From assembly GCF_009914755.1 (NCBI RefSeq), contig NC_060925.1: a stretch of DNA of 64,000 nucleotides. One strand, given 5' to 3'. This DNA comes from the human T2T-CHM13v2.0 reference genome, Homo sapiens. Under the pieces are notes generated by a model. It made no database searches. It was not told the DNA's origin and saw only the letters and a program-made list of their open reading frames with translations. Positions within the stretch are counted from its first letter, which is position 1. Each line of letters starts with the position of its first letter. Shown here in pieces: positions 35,490 through 54,900 of this stretch. A program made the position numbers and the translations under genes.

Positions 35490-35945
35490 TCTCTTCTCTC
35501 TCTTGGCCTTTCTGTCTCCTGTCATTATTTCTCTGTCTCTCTCTTCCTCCCACTCTCTGTTGCTTACTGTCTTTCTCATTTTCTTTTACTGTCTCTCTGT
35601 CTCTGTCTCTATCTCCCTCTCTCTGTCACTGACTCTGTCTCTTTGTCTCTTTCATTCTCTCTGTGTTTCTCTCAGTTTCTCATTCTCTCTGTCTCTCTCC
35701 ATCTCTGTCTCTCCTGTCTTTCATTCTCTGTCTCTGCCTGTCCCTCCCTCTCCATCTCTCTCTTTCCCCATCTCTATAATTCTGTCATTCTTTCTTCATC
35801 TCTCTCTGTCTTTCTCTCATCTCTCTGTCTTTCTCTCCATCTCTCTTTCCACCTCTGTCTGTCTCTCCCTGCTTCTTTCTCATTCTATCTCTTCTTCTCT
35901 GTGTCTCTCTCATTCCCCCCATCTCTCTCTTTCCCTTCCCTTCAC
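35490..35945. repeat. CT-rich low-complexity tract in a BTNL10 intron (similar tracts at 8415-8640 and 42080-42500)
   Basis: Near-pure pyrimidine composition on the + strand. Confidence 0.9.
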
Positions 35946-36150
35946 TTTCCAGTCCACTGGTGTAAGGAGGGAAAGGAAGATGAGGAAGGTGGCTCTGCCT
36001 TCACCGCTGTGCTTCCCGGGAGCAGTGCAGGCCAGCACGGCAGCTGGGAGAGTGCACTCTCACCCTACTGAAAAGCCCTCCACCTGAACACGCTGGGCCC
36101 CAAGGCCATGCCTGGAAGTAGACTGACAGCCAGCTAGCCACCAGCCTTAC

Positions 36151-36504
36151 CTGCCACCTGCACCTGCACAGTGGCCTCGCCGAACTTTACACCATCCTTG
36201 AAGCGGCAGCAGTATGTCCTGTTGTCAAAGGTGGTGACCCTGTGACTCCTCACCATGGCCTTGCCCCTGGCCACGTGGTCACTCATGAAGGTGGTCCTTC
36301 CTCTGTACTGCCACTTTTGCTCTCCATCCATGTCCATCCCTCTCTCATGCATGTGCACAGCTAGGGAGGGCTGGCACCTGTACCACCTCAGCTCCATGTC
36401 CTCGGCACTGATATTGGGGAACAGCTGGCACTGTAACTCCACGTGTCCCCCAGCCATAGCCAGAATAGGGGCATGAGGCCCAGTGACATCAAAGTCAGCT
36501 TTCC
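36151..36504 (-). CDS. BTNL10: BTNL10 IgV exon (354 nt)
   Basis: Acceptor ccccag|GG AAA, donor GCA G|gtaagg; butyrophilin IgV motifs present. Confidence 0.9.
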
Positions 36505-38222
36505 CTGGGGGAGGCAGATCAGAAAGGGCTGGGTTAGGCCATGTGTTGGGAGGCCAGGGCACTTCCCCCCTGCCCCTCCCTCTTCTTGGAAGCTTTGGGG
36601 ACCTATTGAGCCCTGAGCTGCTGGGAGATGCTTCAGCTTCCCGCCATGCTGGACACACCCCCACCTATGCCAGGGCACCTGCCTCGACTTGCACAGGAGT
36701 CTGTCCCTCAGTTTTGACAGATGCTGGCCAGTGGGAGCTGCAGGAAGACCAAGGTGACAAAGCAGATGGACAGGAAGGCCTCTGGATCGCATGTCACTGC
36801 CATTCCTGCCAGGCCGGAGCCACGCACTGTCACTGGGAGAGGAGCCACCGCCAGGAAGCTAACAGGTGCAGAGGAAAAGTGCCATGGAAGAAAAAGAAGA
36901 AAAAGGTCATTTACTCTCACTCTCAAACAAGTTATTAATGCTATAAATGGAGACACAGCAAGCCTCATGTGCTCCTGTACCCATCTCCTTGCGGGTAACA
37001 CACCTCTCACCCTAGTCTGTCTGCGGAATTCCACGAGGACATCCAGGAGGGAAGGGGTTTGATTTTCTAATTGCTCATAAAGAGCTGTAGCCCAGTCTCT
37101 AGCTGGTGACTGTCATGAAACTCCAGAATGCTGGGGGAGAAAACCCAGACTCGGATTAAGCAAATTCGAGGTCAGAACGACATCAAGGGATTCCCTTAAT
37201 GTCCCTTGCTTTCCTGCTGTCCCCATGGGGACTTCTACAGTCAGGGGCTGGGGGCTGGGCCCAATCCTCAGAGCTCTTCAGCTGGGATGGGCAGGCCAAG
37301 ACCCTCATGAGTCTCTTGTGAGCATTTCTTGTAACCTTGGTTTAGAGAGCAGGTGTTGGTAAAAAGTTCTGTGACCTTGGGCGGTTCTACCCAGCACAGC
37401 CATCCAGGTTGGGCATTTACGTGTGTGATTAGGGAGTTGTGTGGGCACAGGCTCTTGTCCTGTTTGGTTCTTGCATTGCAGGAAGGCCCTGTGGTCCTTC
37501 TGCCCTTGGGGATGGGGAGAGGGTGGAGGAAGCAGAGACACTGAAGAGCAAACCACATCCTGACCATAGACAATGCTCACCTGGCACCGAGAGCTGCTGC
37601 AGCTTCCCTGGGAAGTCCTGGCAACTTTGGGGGAATGAATTTAGTTTCCTGCCAACTCCAGGTAGGGTGTGACCCAGACCAACCACGCTGTCTCCAAGCA
37701 GTGATGTGAAAGGCAACCTAGACATCTGGCAAAAGCCGCCAAGTCCCCCAGTTTCCAGAGATTCTTCCTTTTGTTTTTTGCAAAAATATGTAACTGTACC
37801 TTTCTGGCAGTTGCAGCAGAAAAAAAAAAAAAGGCTTCCTGAAGAGTGTGATCCCCAGTGTGGAACACCCCAGGGCTGGGGAGCAGGAGATAGAGCCCGC
37901 CGGGAGGAGACGGGTCTCAGGGTGGGACCCAGGCCAGCTGAAGGAGCTGCAAATGCAGATAAAGCCTGTGGTTATCTGGCAGCGTGCAGGCCCAGCCTAG
38001 CTGGCCCAGGTCCTTCAGGAAAGGTGTTTATGATCATGTCGCAATGTCCTAATTCCTGTATTGTCCCAGAGGGACGTTCAGGGCTCCTCTTCCCCAGCCC
38101 TTCGCTGCCCTCCGTGGCTGTGGGGTCATGGGTGTCTGTTCTCACTGGTAGCATCCCTGGCCCAGCTTAGAACCTTCATGCTGATTTCTCGCACCCAGCC
38201 GCAAGGCCTATTCCCTCCTCAC

Positions 38223-38501
38223 CTTCTTGTTTGATGATTCAAAAGTCTGGGCCTTTTCCTGGGTGGTTTTTGTGAGAAAGGAGTCCTTGCTTTCCTAGAG
38301 GGAGGAGCTTTATCCAAACTCTGCAGACGGGCTGAGCACTCCCTGTGCCTGCGGGCGGTGAGGAAATCCAAGTGCCAGGTCCCTCCTATGTCCCTCCTTG
38401 GGGGAGCGTCTCTTTGGTCAACCGGTTGTTCCCCCTTTTATATGTCAACACGTAAGAATTATGTCGTCCTGTGATCTGCTTTTACCAGACAATGACGTGA
38501 C
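38223..38501 (-). promoter_or_regulatory. Candidate BTNL10 core promoter and non-coding first exon
   Basis: On the minus strand: TATAAAAGGGGG (TATA 38436-38442), CRE/E-box-like TGACGTGAC (38493-38501), and donor AAG|gtgagg at 38223. Confidence 0.4.
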
Positions 38502-38661
38502 CTAAAACTCGACTCACTTGTCCTTTTTAAAAAAATAATTGACCAGACGCGGTGGCTCACACCTGTAATCCCAGTACTTTGGTAGGCTGAGGCAGGCAGA
38601 TTGCCTGAGGTCAGGAGTTCAAGACCAGTCTGGCCAACGTGGTGGAAACCCATCTGTACTA

Positions 38662-39176
<515 letters not shown>

Positions 39177-40019
39177 TGAACAATCTAGAGTGAGCCGCTA
39201 CGATGTACAGAGCACACTGTGTTGAGAGCAGATTGTGATGCCTGTTGTCGGATGAAGAGTGTCACAAGCACTGGGAGAAGCTATGGCAGAGAAAGGTGTC
39301 CTGGCGGTGTGGGCTTTCAGCCCATGGGTAGGTCACCTGACACGGTGGTCCTTCTGTGCATGAGCCCATGTGTGGCCCAGAGTCTCTCATGTGGGCAGTC
39401 GGGGCTCCTGCAGACACATTCAGCTCAACCCACCTCAGGTACAATGTTTAAAGTTCAAAGGCAAGAAGAAGACAGGAGGTCACACACTGCACAATTCCAT
39501 TCATATGAAATGATCAGACAGGTAAATACAGGGACAGAAAGAAAACTGTGGTTGTTGGGGCTGAGGAGATGGGGGAGGTGGAAATGGAGATGAGGAATAA
39601 CTGTTTAATATTTTGGGGGTTTTATTTAGGGTGATGAAAATATTTTGGAATTAGATAGAGGTGGTGGTTGCAAAACATTGGGAATGTACTTAATGCCACC
39701 AAATGGTATGCTTTAAAATGGTCAATTTTATATTATGTAAATTTTATCTCAATTGATAAAAAAGAAAAACATTAAAAAAAGAAAAAGCAGAAAAAAAGAA
39801 CAAAAACAACAGAGTGAGAGAGAGGAGAGAGAGAGAAAACAAACAAATAACAAAAAAAAGAGCTGCATATCCACCCTCTTGTGGATGGGATTATGGTTAA
39901 AAAACAAGAAAACCCCCAAATCTCAACTTTGTTAAAAATGGGATTGTCTGGCCTTTGGTGCCCTCTGCAGGAATGGATGTCAGTGCACCAGTCCCTCTTC
40001 CCAGTTTTCTTTTTCTTCT

Positions 40020-41060
40020 TTTCCTCAACTTTTATTTTAAATTCAGGGGTACATGTGCAGGTTTGTTACATGGATTTATTGCATGACACCACTGAGGTTT
40101 GGGATCTGAGTGATCCTATCACTCAGGTAGTGAGCATAGTACCCAATAAGTTAGTTTTTCAACCCTCTCCCTCTCCCTTTCTCTCTGCTCCAGTAGTCCC
40201 CAGGGTCTCTTGTTCTCATCCTTATGTCCATGCGTGCCCAACGTTTAGTTCCCACTTATAAGTGAGAACATGTAGCATTTGGTTTTCTGTTCCTGTATTA
40301 ATTCACTTAGGATAATTGTCTCCAGCTGCATCCATGTTGCTGCAAAGGACATAATGTCACTTTTTTATGGCTGTGTTGTGTATATGTACCACATTTCTGT
40401 ATGTACATATACACATGGTGTATATGTACCACATTTTCTGTATCCAGTCCCCCAATGACAGGCACCTAGGTTGATTCCATTTCTTTGCTATTGTGAATTG
40501 TGCTGCAATAAACATATGAGTGCATGTGTCTTTTTGGTAGAATGATTTCTTTTCCTTTGGTTATGTACCCAATAATGGCATTGCTGGGTCAAATGACAGT
40601 TCTACTTTTAGTTCTTTCAGAAACCTCTGAATTGCTTTCCATGGTAGCTTAACTAATACACTCCCACATGGTGTATAAATGTTGCCTTTTTCTGTACAAA
40701 TTTGCCAACATCTGTTAATTTTTTCACTTTTTAGTAATAGCCATTCTGACTGGTGTGAGATAGTGTCTCATTGTGATTTTGATCTGCATTTCTGATGATT
40801 AGTGATGTTGAGCATTTTTTCACGTTTGTTGGCTGCATATATGTCTTCTTTTGAGACGTGTCTGTTCAAGTCCTTTGCCCATTTTTAAATGGAGTTGTTT
40901 TTAGCTTGTTGAATTGTTTAGGTTCCTTATAGATTCTGGATCTTAGCCCTTTGCTGATAGTTTGTGAGTATTTCATGAGTATTTGAGTTTGTGAATATTT
41001 TCTCCTGTTCTGCAGGTTGTCTGTTTACTCCATTGATGGCTGCTTTTGCTGTGCAGAAGC
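40020..41060 (-). mobile_element. L1PB/L1MA-type 3' end fragment
   Basis: L1 3'UTR signature (ggggtacatgtgcaggtttgttaca...). Confidence 0.8.
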
Positions 41061-42839
41061 CCAGTTTCTCCTAAGATCCCCTAGAAGCCAGAGAGATTTT
41101 CTGTCGGAAGGAGTCCTCTTGTATTTCCCTCCCCCTCCATCTGTTCTGGGCCTGGGAGCCAGCTTTGCTCTCTGGGCCCTGAGCAGGCCAGTTTGTGTCC
41201 TCTTTTCTCAAAGCGCCTCTGAAAACAGCTCAACTGGTGTTTTCCCTGTAGACCCTCTCTCTGTCCTATAAATGGGACCAAACCCATAGGGGCAGTCTTG
41301 GAGGACAAATGACACTCTTCCTAATCTCTCCTTCTTCTCCCTATTCCCTGCACAAACTTTCTACTTTCCACAACCCCTGGGACTGTGTGCATAGGGATTC
41401 CGGATCCTCTAAGCATTTAAAACGATATTTACCCAAGTCATGGATGATATGTCTCACCTCACTCTTGGATGGTAAATTTGCTCCCTGAGGCTTTGCAATT
41501 TCTGTCTACACAGTGTCTAGTCCAGGCCCAAGTGGTACCTTGCAGCAAGCATACCCCGCTTCTGTTTTCCTAAGGCCTCCCACTCTTTAATGCAAACCAT
41601 GTATTTTTTCTCAATATTATGTAAAGTGCTCTGTAAATGTAGCTGGAAGAGCCCCCTAACAAGCAGATCCGCCAAGCAGCCCCTCCAGCATGGACATTTA
41701 AGGATTGCCTTTGTGTCTTAGACTCTGGAGATAGTGTTAGTTGAATGACTACCAGGTGGGTGCAATGAAGACTAAAAGCCACAGGCTGGCCACTCTTGAG
41801 GAGACAGGACTCAGAAGGGGCACGCAAGGATGCTGGGGCCTTCAGGATGAGACGGAAGGTTCAGCAGAAGAGAAAGATAAAAGAAAAAGAAAAAGTGAGA
41901 TGGGATACAGCAAGGGAAGAAGAAGAACTAAATTAAATGAAGTAAATGAAGTAGGGTCATTTTGTACACAGATTTGACGCAGATTATTTATTCATAAAAG
42001 TCTGTGTCAGGCATTCAGGTCCTTTGGAATGCATTAGTGAATCAAATGAACAAAAGTTCATTTTGTTGATATCAGGAGTTGATATCCTTCTTTCTCTAAT
42101 GCCTCCTTCTCCTTTTCTTCTTCTCCACATTCTCATCTTCTTGCTACTCTCCATCCTGCTTCTCCTACCCTCCTCCTCCCACATTTTTCTTACATTATTC
42201 TTGTATTTCTCCTTTTTCTCTCTCATTTTCCCTTCCTTTTCCTCCTCCTTTTCTGCTTCTTCTTCATTATCATGATCTGCTTTGTGGTTGTCTTTTTACG
42301 CTCTCCCTCTTCTTTATTCTTCTTTGCCATCCTCATCTTGGCTATCTTTGTCATCACCTCATTCTCCTTCCCTTATCTCCTTCTCCTTCTCCTCCTCCTC
42401 TTCTTCCTTCTTCCCCTTCCCCTTCTTCCCTCCTCCTCCTCCTTCCCCTTCCCCTTCTTTCCTCCTCCTCTTTCTCCTCCTCCTCCTCCTCTTCTGAGAT
42501 TTTACCAGAGCCAAACCTCGTTGCCTAAGGGAAATACCTAATTGTATTTAACTCTAAACTGCCTGACTTAATAATGGGGGTGAGGACTGAGAAAACCCAT
42601 AAAAGTCATAGCCTAAGGAGACCAAGGCTTTCTACAAATAATGGCATACGTCAGCTCAGGAAAACACTTCCATTTCCACCACAAATCTGGAAAGTATTCC
42701 AGATTTTAAAGGACATACACACATAGCTCCCCAGACAGACACAAAATCACACAGCTATGTGTGTAGCTCCCCAGACAGACAAAAAATCACACAGCTATGT
42801 GTGTTATGTCCTTTAAAATCTGGAATACTGTTATTTCAT

Positions 42840-44090
42840 TGTATCGTCTAATTTCTGTGGTAGTGCATCCCTGGGCATGTTGAATAGAAGTGGTGAGTGC
42901 AGACATCCTTGTCTTGTTTCTGATATTAGGGGGAAGGCATTCAGTCTCTCAGCATCAAGTACTTTGTTAGTTGTGGGGTTTTTATAGATGCCTCATAGCA
43001 TCTCAAGGGAGGTCCTTTCCATTCCTAGTTTATTGAGTGTTTTCATCCTGAAGGGGTGCTGAAACTTGTCAAATGCTTTTTAAAAAATATTTTCTGGACC
43101 TGGCACAGTGGCTCACACCTGTAATCCCAGCACTTTGGGAAGCCGAGGCAAGTGGATCTCTTGAGCCCAGCTTGGCCAACATGGTGAAACCCTGTCTCTA
43201 TAAAAAATACAAATAATTAGCTGGGCATGGTGGCATGCACCTGCAGTCCCCACTACTCGAAAAGCTGAGGTGGGATGATCACAGTAAGCTGTGATTACAC
43301 TGCTGCACTCCAGCCTGGGTAACAGAGTGAGACGCTGTCTCAAAACAAAACAAAACAAAACAAAAATATGTTCTGGATATTAATACCTTACCAGACATAT
43401 TATTTCCAAGTATTTTCTACAAGTGTGTGAGTAGCATTTTTACTCTATTAAAGGTGCCCCTGAGGGACAAAAGTTTTAAATTTTTATGAGATCAAATTTG
43501 TCCTTTTTTGGTTGGTGTTGACTGGGTTTGTGGTGTCATATGCAAGAAATCATTGCAAAATCCAAAGTTATGAAACTTCTGCCCTATATGTTCTTCTAAG
43601 GGTTGTTTAGTTTTAGCACTTTCTTTCAGGTCTTTGATCCATTTTGATTTCATTTTTGTATGTGGTGTAAGGAAACTGTCTAACTTCATACTTCTACAGC
43701 CCTATTTTTTTTTCAGATACTTCCTTTTCCACTGAGTGATCCTGGCACCATCTTGAAAATCATTTTATCATATATGTGAGGGCATCCATCTTGGCTTTCT
43801 ATTCTACACATTGGTGTGTGTGTCTGTCTTTGTGCCAATATCACACTGTTTTGATTACTGAAACTTTCAGTAAGTTTTGAAATCAAGCACAGTGAGACTT
43901 CCAGCTTTGTTCTGCTTTTTCAATGGTTTTGGCTAATCAGAGTTTCTTGTTATTCCATATGAATTTTAGAATGGTACTTTCTTTTTTTTTTAAGTCTTTG
44001 GGATTTTGGTAGGAATTGTATTGAATTTGTATATCATTTGGGGTAATATTAACATCTTAACAGTATTAACTCTTCCAACCCATGAACAGG
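42840..44090 (-). mobile_element. Old L1 ORF2 fragments with an Alu insertion (~43097-43365)
   Basis: ORF2-like peptide KLDSFLTPHTKMKSKWIKDL. Confidence 0.7.
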
Positions 44091-44437
44091 GGATGTGCAC
44101 ATACAGGTGGGTACACCCAGACAGACACATGAGCTCAGTAATCCTCAGAGATGGCACAAAGACACCAACAGATGTTCAGAAACACACAGCCCAGGCTGCC
44201 ACGGTCACTACTGCCCTTCTTACCTTCCTTAGCAACAACCACCATCTGTCCACTGTGTGTTTTACTTGCATCTCTTGTTCCCTGTTTCCTACAATGTCAC
44301 CTTCAAGTGGACAGGGTTATTTGTTCTGTTTTATTCACGGTAGCCCCTACTAGAAGGTCTGTTACACAGGAGGAGATTAATACTTGGTGAATCACTTGGG
44401 CTGAAACATAGACACACACACGTGCATGCGTGCGCTT

Positions 44438-44470
<33 letters not shown>

Positions 44471-45190
44471 TTTTAACAAACCTCATCATAGGTCCATAGC
44501 CACTTGATTTTCATAATGTTCTCAACTGCATGTCACGTGGCAGAGAGGTGTCTCCTGGATGATAAGCCAATACCAAAAGGTGAGTTTACCTAAATGAAAA
44601 TGTAGACCCACACAAAAACCTGTACAGGGATGTGTACAGCAACATTATTCATACTTTTCAAAACTTGGCAGCAACCAAGAGGAAGAGGTATAATAAATTT
44701 AACAAAAGTACAAAACTTATAGTCTGAAACCCACAAACCTTGTTGAAAGGCATTGAAGATTTAAATGTTAGATCTCAAGAGCATAGATAAGTAGGCTTAA
44801 TATTAAGAAGGCAACACTACCCAAAACAATCCACAGATTTCATACAATTCCTGTCAGTTAAGTACCTTGCAGAATTTAAAAAGTCAATGCTAAAACTCAT
44901 ATGGGAACAAAAAGGCCTCAGAATACCACAATGCTCTTGAAAAAGACCAAAAAAGGAAGACTCACACTTCAGTTTTAAAACTTGCCTCAAAGCAACAGTA
45001 ATCTAGATTGTATACTAATGGCACAAGAAAAGTCCTTTATATCAATGAAAGACAACAGAGTCCAGGAAGAGTGAGGTGAGTATAATGGCAGAATGAGCTT
45101 CTCCAAACACCTCTCCTTGCAGAGAAACATGGAAAAACAAGCAGAATGGCCAGGAATAACTTTGTCAAAATTCTTGAATACTGTCAAAGG

Positions 45191-51338
<6,148 letters not shown>

Positions 51339-51752
51339 AAAACTGTCAAGGGTTTACAGGAACCAGGTAAAGAAGAATAAACAACAGTGAAAAATGGAAG
51401 GAAAGCCTGGTGGATAGTTTACTTGTCCTTGCTCCAACCTCTCCTTGGCTTGGTGCCAGTCTTTTAGACAACAACCTGAGTTCCCAGTGTGGGGCCCTGG
51501 TCACACGTTCCAGAGGGAGTGGAGATCTTATTTGCAAATTATCATGTTTCTATGTTCCAATCTATCTGGGGGCTACGTAAAGTTCTGAAACAAGGCTCTC
51601 ATCTGTTTTGTCCAAGTCAGAACCCAGTCAATGTGGAAATCTGGCAGGAATTGCTTGGAAGTGTTAAGTAAGGCTGGGCATGGTGGCTCAGGCATGTAAT
51701 CTCAGTACTTTGGGAGGCTGAGGTGGGTGGATTACTTGAGGTCAGGAGCTCA

Positions 51753-51926
<174 letters not shown>

Positions 51927-54900
51927 CTAGAGGACAGAGCAAGACTCCATCTGAAAAAAAAAAAAGAACAAAGAAGATGTTAAATAAATAAAAAGTCTGC
52001 TGCTACCTGGAAGAATACATTACAATATTGTATGTATTGACATCTACAATAGACCATATATACAGCTCAGGGGGAGAAACAGGAGTGAACATTTCTTTTA
52101 GAAATTAGGGTATTCAAAAGCACCCAGGTATACTGGGGAATTGAGAAAGCCCTATGCATGCCTGGAGCCAGGGGACATTGTCTGATAAGACCTAAAGACC
52201 TAAAGAAAGCCTTATTTTCAGCACTGGCTGATCACCAGGCACAGTTCAACAGAAAGCAAAGACTGGAGCAGTTGTTGACAGCCTGGACACGTTAAAGGAA
52301 TGCCCCAGCACAGAGCCAGTCACAGAAAGAGGAAGAGGCGAGATTTTGTTTCTTCTTCTTTTTTTCTTTCTTTCTTAGCTCCTGGCATTCAAGCAAATTG
52401 CTGTCAAAACACTCAATAAACACGAGCCACAGATACAGACACCAGCAAGTACATACAAGTAATACGGTCTCCGCAAAAACACTCTGGAAAAGTAACGAAA
52501 TGAATGACAACTATAGCCTTCAAAAAACAAGAACAGCAAGTGCTAGAGAATGGGGAGAGTTTCACTTTCCTTAGCCCCGGGAGGGCAGCTCAGCTTTACT
52601 TTGAGAGTAGGGTAGCTTTGAGGGCCCTGATGGATGGACCACCAGCCTGGGCACAGTGGTGCTGGGGGCATGCAGCTAGGACCAGGGGCTGTCCGCTCAA
52701 GCCTGTCCCATTGTACTAAACGAGACCAAATTGTAGGTTGTGCGCTTATGTGAGGGTGAGCCCAATGTGCCCTGCGATGGATCCCGTGACACTGTTTACA
52801 TGACCTATTTGTGTGGTTACATAGCCTTTTATTTAAAAGACAGAAACCCCTTTTACGAAGTTATTAAATTAATTATATGTTTAAATGTTAAAGAAAAAAA
52901 GAGCTGCAGAGTGTTTATAAAACTGTCTTTTAGAAAAAAACAGGCAAGAAGACGATTTAACCATCTAAATGGAAAAGGGAAGAAAGTATAATAGAAACTT
53001 TGCTAGTTAAAAAAAAAGAAAAACAATCCCAAAAAAGTCCCTTTCTTGTAAACTTACAGAAAATTCTTTGTGGCTGTTGGAGTTTAGTTTGTACATACAC
53101 AGAGTTATCAGACATTATTTATAAAACTTAGTTTAAAAAAGACAAAAAAAAAAAAAAAAAAGCCAAGCTGTGAGCCAACCAGAAGGCCATGCTCTTGGAT
53201 ATCTTTTGCAACTGTACCAAAACTGACTTACTCCTCTGCCCTTCCTGCGTCTGTCTGTTGCCAGTGCTGTGGTGTCGTCTGTGCCTGTTGAGGTTTTGTG
53301 CAGTGGTAAAGTGCTGGTGCTTCTGGTGACCTTTGACCTGTGGGTGTCACTTCTTGTGCCTGTTTCCCATGTCCAATTTTTTGAGTTTAGTTGTGCTTTT
53401 GCTTCTGCTGCCTTGCTGGACATAAGCTGGGGTGCTGGGTGGCACCTGCTGCATCAGAGCTTGAGGAGTCTGTGCCCACCAGTAGCCACTGGTCCCTAGA
53501 AGGTGAGATGTGGGGTTGTGTCATGCCCACTCCACTGAACCTTGGCTATATCTGTGTTTGGGCTTGGGCTAACCTGGGGGCAGGGTAGGTGAAATTAGGG
53601 GTTCATTGGGGTCCCCCACACTGCTTCCACATGCACCACCTCTGTCCTTGGATGGTGGCATTGCAGGGGCCAAGGAGTCACTGTGGAGTCACCGGGGTTG
53701 GCCAGGTATCTCTATCCATAGAATGCCTGAGGTCATGCAGGTGTCTCTATCATTAGAATGCCTGGGGTCAGCCAGGAGTCTTTCCTGTTAGAATACCTAG
53801 AGTCAGCCAGGTGTCTCTATCCTTAGAATGTCTGAGGTTGCCCAGGTGTCTCTATCATTAGAATGCCTGGAGTCTGCCAGGGGTCTCTCCCGTTAGAATG
53901 CCTGGGGTCAGCCAGGTGTCTTTATCCTTAGAATGCCTGAGGTCCCCCAGGTGTCTCTAAAATCAGAAAGCCTAGGTCCAACCACTAGTCTCTCCTGTTA
54001 ACATGCATGGGGCCGGCCATGTGTGTCTATCCTTAGAATGCCTGAGGCCACCAAGTTGTCTCTATCCTTAGAATGCCTGAGGTTGCCCAGGTGTCTCTAT
54101 CATTAGAATGCCTGAGGTCAGCCAGGAGTCTCTCCCATTAGAATGCATGGGGTCGGCCAGCTGTCTGTATCCTTAGAATGCCTGAGGTCCCCCAGGTGTC
54201 TCTATACTAATAATGCCTGTGGTTGGCCAGGAATCTTTATCATTAGAATGCCTGGGGCCGGCCAGATGTCTGTATCCTTAGAATGCCTGAGGTCCCCCAG
54301 GTGTCTCTATAATAATAATGCCTGTGGTTGATCAGGAATCTTTATCATTAGAATGCCTGGGGTCGGCCAGGAGTCTCTCCTGTTAAAATGCCTGGGGTTG
54401 GTTAGGTGTCTCTATCCTTAGAATGCCTGAGGTTGCCCAGGTGTCTCTATGATTAAAATGCCTGGGGTCAGCCAGGAGTCTCTATCATTAGAATGCCTGG
54501 GATAGGCCAGGAGTCTCTCCTGTTGAAATGCCTGGGGTGGGCCAGATGTCTCTGTTTTTAGAATGACTAAGTTTGACCAGGTATCTCTCTCATTAGAATT
54601 CCTGAGTTCAGCCAAAAGTCTGTCTCTTTAGAATGCCTGGAATTGGCCAGGTGTCTCCATCCTTAGAATACCTGAGGTTGCCCAGGTGTCTCTATCATTA
54701 GAATGCCTGGGGTCAGCCAGAAGTCTCTATCATTAGAATGCCTGGGGTAGGCCAGAAGTCTCTCCTGTTAGAATGCCTAGGTCAGCCAGGTGTCTCTATC
54801 CTTTGAATGCCTGAGGTCACCCAGGTGTCTCTATCATTAGAATGTCTGGGGTGGGCCAGGAATCTCTATTATTAGAATGCCTGGGGTCAGCCAGGAGTCT

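Larger units (their letters stand above)
33146..36803 (-). pseudogene. BTNL10: Butyrophilin-like 10 (decaying gene or pseudogene with an open 291-aa spliced frame): exons 36803-36719, 36504-36151, 35178-34897, 33300-33146
   Basis: Signal peptide MAVTCDPEAFLSICFVTLVFLQLPLASI; IgV FDVTGPHAPILAMAGGHVELQCQLFP...WQYRGRTTF...YCC; IgC GLGREPRIQV...ECTSAG...LSCSISSPLL; TM AALPLILVAMGLVIAGGICIFW. Phase-1 introns and 354/282-nt Ig exons are typical of butyrophilins. Confidence 0.9.

Noticed and set aside
35409-36087. 220-aa Leu/Ser-rich ORFs (also at 8331-8663 and 42024-42541)
   Set aside because: Translations of CT-rich low-complexity DNA.
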